From contig JAWXBR010000009.1 in assembly GCA_034440235.1 (NCBI GenBank), positions 88,440 through 152,439 on the forward strand: DNA of 64,000 nt, in the 5' to 3' direction. The position numbers and the translations under genes are program-made. The notes under the pieces were generated by a model. That model worked only from the letters and a program-made list of their open reading frames with translations, was not told the origin of the DNA and ran no database searches. This document shows positions 60,790 to 64,000 of this stretch, piece by piece (position 1 is the first letter of the stretch; each line of letters begins with the position of its first letter). This stretch comes from a bacterium. GTDB taxonomy: Bacteria > Bacteroidota > Ignavibacteria > Kapaibacteriales > Kapaibacteriaceae.

Positions 60790-61083
60790 TCAGGCTTTCG
60801 GAACGGAGCATTCCCAGATAACGACGGTTCTCCAGCCAAGATCAGCAAGGGCTCTCAGCGCCCGAACGTCCCGAGCTTGATTTGCGTCGAATTTCTTTTG
60901 CCAGAATTCAGTACGAGATTTGGGAGTGATTGTCATGGCACAACCATGACGATGCCAGAAACAACCGTGGACGAAGATCACTGGCTTGTCCTTAGGCATG
61001 ACGATGTCCGGTGTACCCGGAACGTTTTTGTAATGAAGGTGGAATCTGAAACCAGCTTCGTGCGACGCGGTTCGCAATCTCAA
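60790..61083 (-). CDS. vsr: Very-short-patch repair endonuclease (Vsr), N-terminally short / TTG start
   Basis: ...TPELRLR...G.RF...PG.PDIV...VIFVHGCFWHRHGC...RTEFWQ.K...N..RD......GW.V..IWEC. There is no upstream in-frame ATG, and an in-frame stop lies just upstream. About 20 aa shorter than typical Vsr. Confidence 0.75.
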   Translation of the reverse strand: MRLRTASHEAGFRFHLHYKNVPGTPDIVMPKDKPVIFVHGCFWHRHGCAMTITPKSRTEFWQKKFDANQARDVRALRALADLGWRTVVIWECSVPKA

Positions 61084-61142
61084 TTCAGGTGTTGAATCTT
61101 AACTGCCGACACTGGCCATAATTCGGGACCGTGTTTGATGAT

Positions 61143-63146
61143 TTACTGATTCCACGATCCTGCTATTTGTTCAAGTAGGTCATCCAGTTTCTTCAACTTG
61201 GCATCTTCCTCAAGATAGTTCGAATACGATCGCAGCGCACCATTGATCAGCGCATCGTAGTGTACGATACGACTGCCGGGTGCAATTGATCGCATTGAAT
61301 CTTTGAGCCTTTCGGGGTTACTAAGCTCCTCATCAATGGGCTGACCGAGCACGAAGATCACCTCGATGTTCGGATTCGGAATATCATGATTGCCGACAAG
61401 AATTGTCCTTAGAGTATCGACATACCCACGACCCTGTACCTCAAGTTCGGTGAGTTTCATTTTACGGCCAGCCTTTTTCAGTTCAACGATGAGATGTTTA
61501 TCCGCGTAGGTCTTATACCGTATGTCCACCCTTCCAAGGCTCTGTTTTTTTGTAAGGCCATCAATTGTTATGCCCTTCTCTTTTAAACTCTTCTCGACTT
61601 GTTCGCTACCACTTGCCCGTTCCCACGAGGGATCCAGTAGCCATAGGTGATCGAACAAATGGTCACGAAGCGCACTTTCCTTTTGGTCCTCGTTAACTAA
61701 AGATTGAAGAGCACGAATGACTTCGATTCGCGATTTGACAATATCCCTATACAACGCTGCTTCGTAACTATCTCTGCTGTTGAACAAACGCAACAAACCT
61801 TGTGTGTCATCCAACATCGCGACGAAATCATCAACAGAACCTCGCAATTTCATACGTTCGAATGCAAGCACTCCGTATTTAAGTAGATCCTTTCTGTCTT
61901 CGTCCTTATCGAAATCCACGGAACCAAGTTTGCCCACCATTTTCAACGCGCTGTCCTGATGGCCTTCTGGAAGTTGCTCAAGCCATAATTTGAAGGTTGG
62001 ATTTAAAGCCTTCGTCTCAAGAACAGCATGTTTGCTCCTCCATTGGTTCCATTCAGCATCGACTTTGTTCAGCATTTCCTTCAGCAACTGGATAAGCTTG
62101 GTGTATCTCGGATCGTCCTCTTGAATACGTTGCCTATCACTTGTAGCGATGTCTTCATCATCATCCGTGTCCATGAAGTCAGCTTCGATCTGACCTGTGA
62201 GGTACTTTGTGAATATGCGGCCATCGTTCAGCTTATCAAGAATATTCTCGTGGAATAATCTGCCCCGAGAGAAGACAACGATACCATTGAGATTACCTGA
62301 GTCATCGTTATCCAGTTCCTTCGGTTTCTTTGCCGTACCAAGCCATCCGCGCAGTTCCCAGGTCTCATCCCAGTCGGCATTTTTGTTCTTGAGCTTTCCT
62401 CGTTCCTTGACGTTGGGAGTTGACGCGTCTTCAATAACGGTATCCCCCAAAATCCATAAGAACTGGGCCGTACGAAGGTCCTCGCGATCCTCTACTGTAA
62501 TTGGAATATCGTTAACGTAGACCATGAAATCATGCACATGACCCAGAATCGAAAATCGCCTTGCCAGACGCTTGCGTAAGGCAACGATTCCCCTTCCTAG
62601 TCGTTCGCGCTTAATATGCGTCAATGTGATTCGGGTACCACTATCAATATCGACAGCATGATCGGGTAGTGACACGGGATGGTATTTTTCGTTAGCCTTT
62701 GCGCTTTTCCTGATACCATCAATAGTCATTCTCAGGCCATGTGAAACATCTTGCTTCCTAGTCTGAACTTCAATCTCCTCTGCGATCGAAAAGAGTGACA
62801 GCTTACCCAGCCCTTTCCGGCCCATTACAGGCCTACCCTTAGCAGTGACCCTGCCTGTTGCCGTATCAAGGTCCCGCCGTCGATAGCCAACTCGAAGGTA
62901 CTTACCGTTCATATCCATTATCGACATTCCGATACCGTTATCGGTGATTACGATCCTCTTGCCTTCCGCGCGGATCTCATCCACCAAAATTCTAACCTCG
63001 GTGGCATCAGCATCCCAAGCGTTTGCCACTGCTTCGGTGATCACTGCGGCTACGTTGCTATAGAGATTGATTCCTAAATGATCTAGCACGGTGAGGTCGA
63101 CCGACATCTCGTACAGGCTGTGATCAGCGTCTATGATGTTGTCCAT
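61143..63146 (-). CDS. GHKL-family ATPase (MutL/MORC/Hsp90-like Bergerat fold) fused to a C-terminal PD-(D/E)XK-like putative nuclease domain
   Basis: N-box ITEAVANAWDA, G1 ITDNGIGM, G2 GRKGLGKLS. C-terminal ...LGRVDIRYKTYADKHLIVELKKAG fits the D...(E)xK restriction-endonuclease-like pattern. Its start overlaps the dcm stop by about 23 nt. Confidence 0.65.
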   Translation of the reverse strand: MDNIIDADHSLYEMSVDLTVLDHLGINLYSNVAAVITEAVANAWDADATEVRILVDEIRAEGKRIVITDNGIGMSIMDMNGKYLRVGYRRRDLDTATGRVTAKGRPVMGRKGLGKLSLFSIAEEIEVQTRKQDVSHGLRMTIDGIRKSAKANEKYHPVSLPDHAVDIDSGTRITLTHIKRERLGRGIVALRKRLARRFSILGHVHDFMVYVNDIPITVEDREDLRTAQFLWILGDTVIEDASTPNVKERGKLKNKNADWDETWELRGWLGTAKKPKELDNDDSGNLNGIVVFSRGRLFHENILDKLNDGRIFTKYLTGQIEADFMDTDDDEDIATSDRQRIQEDDPRYTKLIQLLKEMLNKVDAEWNQWRSKHAVLETKALNPTFKLWLEQLPEGHQDSALKMVGKLGSVDFDKDEDRKDLLKYGVLAFERMKLRGSVDDFVAMLDDTQGLLRLFNSRDSYEAALYRDIVKSRIEVIRALQSLVNEDQKESALRDHLFDHLWLLDPSWERASGSEQVEKSLKEKGITIDGLTKKQSLGRVDIRYKTYADKHLIVELKKAGRKMKLTELEVQGRGYVDTLRTILVGNHDIPNPNIEVIFVLGQPIDEELSNPERLKDSMRSIAPGSRIVHYDALINGALRSYSNYLEEDAKLKKLDDLLEQIAGSWNQ

Positions 63147-64000
63147 TTGCTAGCTGACCTAAATGATGTACGATGCTTTTACCGATGACCTCACCAAGTT
63201 TCACTGGTACTGCATTACCGATCATCCTTCCGATCGTCGTCTTGTTCAATCTTTGCGAGGGTGCGACAAATTTATAATGTCTTGGGAAGCTCTGTAGTAT
63301 TGCGCCTTCCCTGAAGGATAAGGCCCGATCCTGTTCTGGATGACCGAAGCGGCCATTACCGAACCCGAAAAACTGCGTAGTGATCGTTGGTGACGGTTGG
63401 TCCCAACTCATGCGCCCATAGACACTGGAATACGTTTTGCCACTAGGTTTTCTATGACAATCCGAGCGAAGTTCCTCAGGCCAATCTCTCCATGTACCTC
63501 CCGGCTTGGACGCCTTCAAGCGGGTCATGTTGATGGAACTGAGTGCACACGTTTGATGGAGATTGTCCTTCGGATCAATGTCTCCTGCTTCGAGCTTCGG
63601 TAACGACCTGATAGCTTCGGAAACAGTTCGAACTTTCAGAGTACGCGGAGGAGGCAGAAGTTCGACAGTACCATGCCTAGATGCCAAAAGTACAAGTCTC
63701 CGGCGCGTTTGAGGAATCCCATATTCAGCGCAGTTGACTTCATGGATCGTGGGTTCCTTGAACCCACATCCTGAAAGTGTTTTTATGAATTTCAGAAAGA
63801 CTTCCTGCTCCTTCAGGCGAGGGACGTTTTCCATGGTGACGATGTCAGGAAGCGTATCAACAATCAACTGGCCGAAGACATCAAGGAGATTCCAACGATC
63901 GTCCCTGCTATCGCTCCTCCCTTGCATGTAAGTCGAAAATGGCTGGCACGGAGCACAACCGGCTAAGACACGATACTTAGCTTTCCCCCAAGCATTTAGA
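63124..64000 (-). CDS. dcm: DNA (cytosine-5)-methyltransferase, 5'-partial (continues beyond window end)
   Basis: Reverse-strand translation reads ...KYRVLAGCAPCQPFSTYMQGRSDSRDDRWNLL...TMENVPRL... (motif IV PCQ, motif VI ENV). The frame stays open to position 64000. Confidence 0.85.
   Translation of the reverse strand, partial: LNAWGKAKYRVLAGCAPCQPFSTYMQGRSDSRDDRWNLLDVFGQLIVDTLPDIVTMENVPRLKEQEVFLKFIKTLSGCGFKEPTIHEVNCAEYGIPQTRRRLVLLASRHGTVELLPPPRTLKVRTVSEAIRSLPKLEAGDIDPKDNLHQTCALSSINMTRLKASKPGGTWRDWPEELRSDCHRKPSGKTYSSVYGRMSWDQPSPTITTQFFGFGNGRFGHPEQDRALSFREGAILQSFPRHYKFVAPSQRLNKTTIGRMIGNAVPVKLGEVIGKSIVHHLGQLANGQHHRR

Larger units (their letters stand above)
57048..64000. mobile_element. Putative integrated genomic (defence) island at tRNA-Arg, partial (right boundary outside window)
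   Basis: The tRNA 3' end is followed by an integrase gene. Behind it are a DUF262-HEPN pair and a dcm / GHKL-nuclease / vsr operon. No housekeeping genes occur in this block. Confidence 0.55.

Overview
This 64-kb window appears to be chromosomal DNA from a T9SS-bearing, SD-poor bacterium (Bacteroidota/Rhodothermota-like) with roughly 55% GC. Most of it is dense housekeeping genes: surA-like PPIases, murC, asd, manC, hutI, cysS, rpe, trpS, uvrD, ribE, purH, folC, rpsA. Between them are secreted/outer-membrane proteins, two tandem T9SS-CTD paralogs (one disrupted), a Fic protein, a PAS-UbiA fusion, and a RAYT transposase flanked by REP hairpins. The 3' end (about 56.97 kb to the window edge) looks like an integrated island at tRNA-Arg(TCT). 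It runs: tyrosine integrase; a translationally coupled DUF262 (ParB/GmrSD-N-like) plus HEPN-like pair; then a minus-strand operon dcm (5'-partial at the window edge) -> GHKL-ATPase fused to a C-terminal PD-(D/E)XK-like domain -> 5'-truncated vsr. That operon is the best candidate for an uncharacterised restriction/defence system. A second unusual module is a translationally coupled AddB-like Fe-S PD-(D/E)XK nuclease plus LonC-like protease with a non-canonical Walker A. Many housekeeping genes carry in-frame short tandem-repeat insertions. All calls come from reading ORF translations and motifs by eye. No database search was run.
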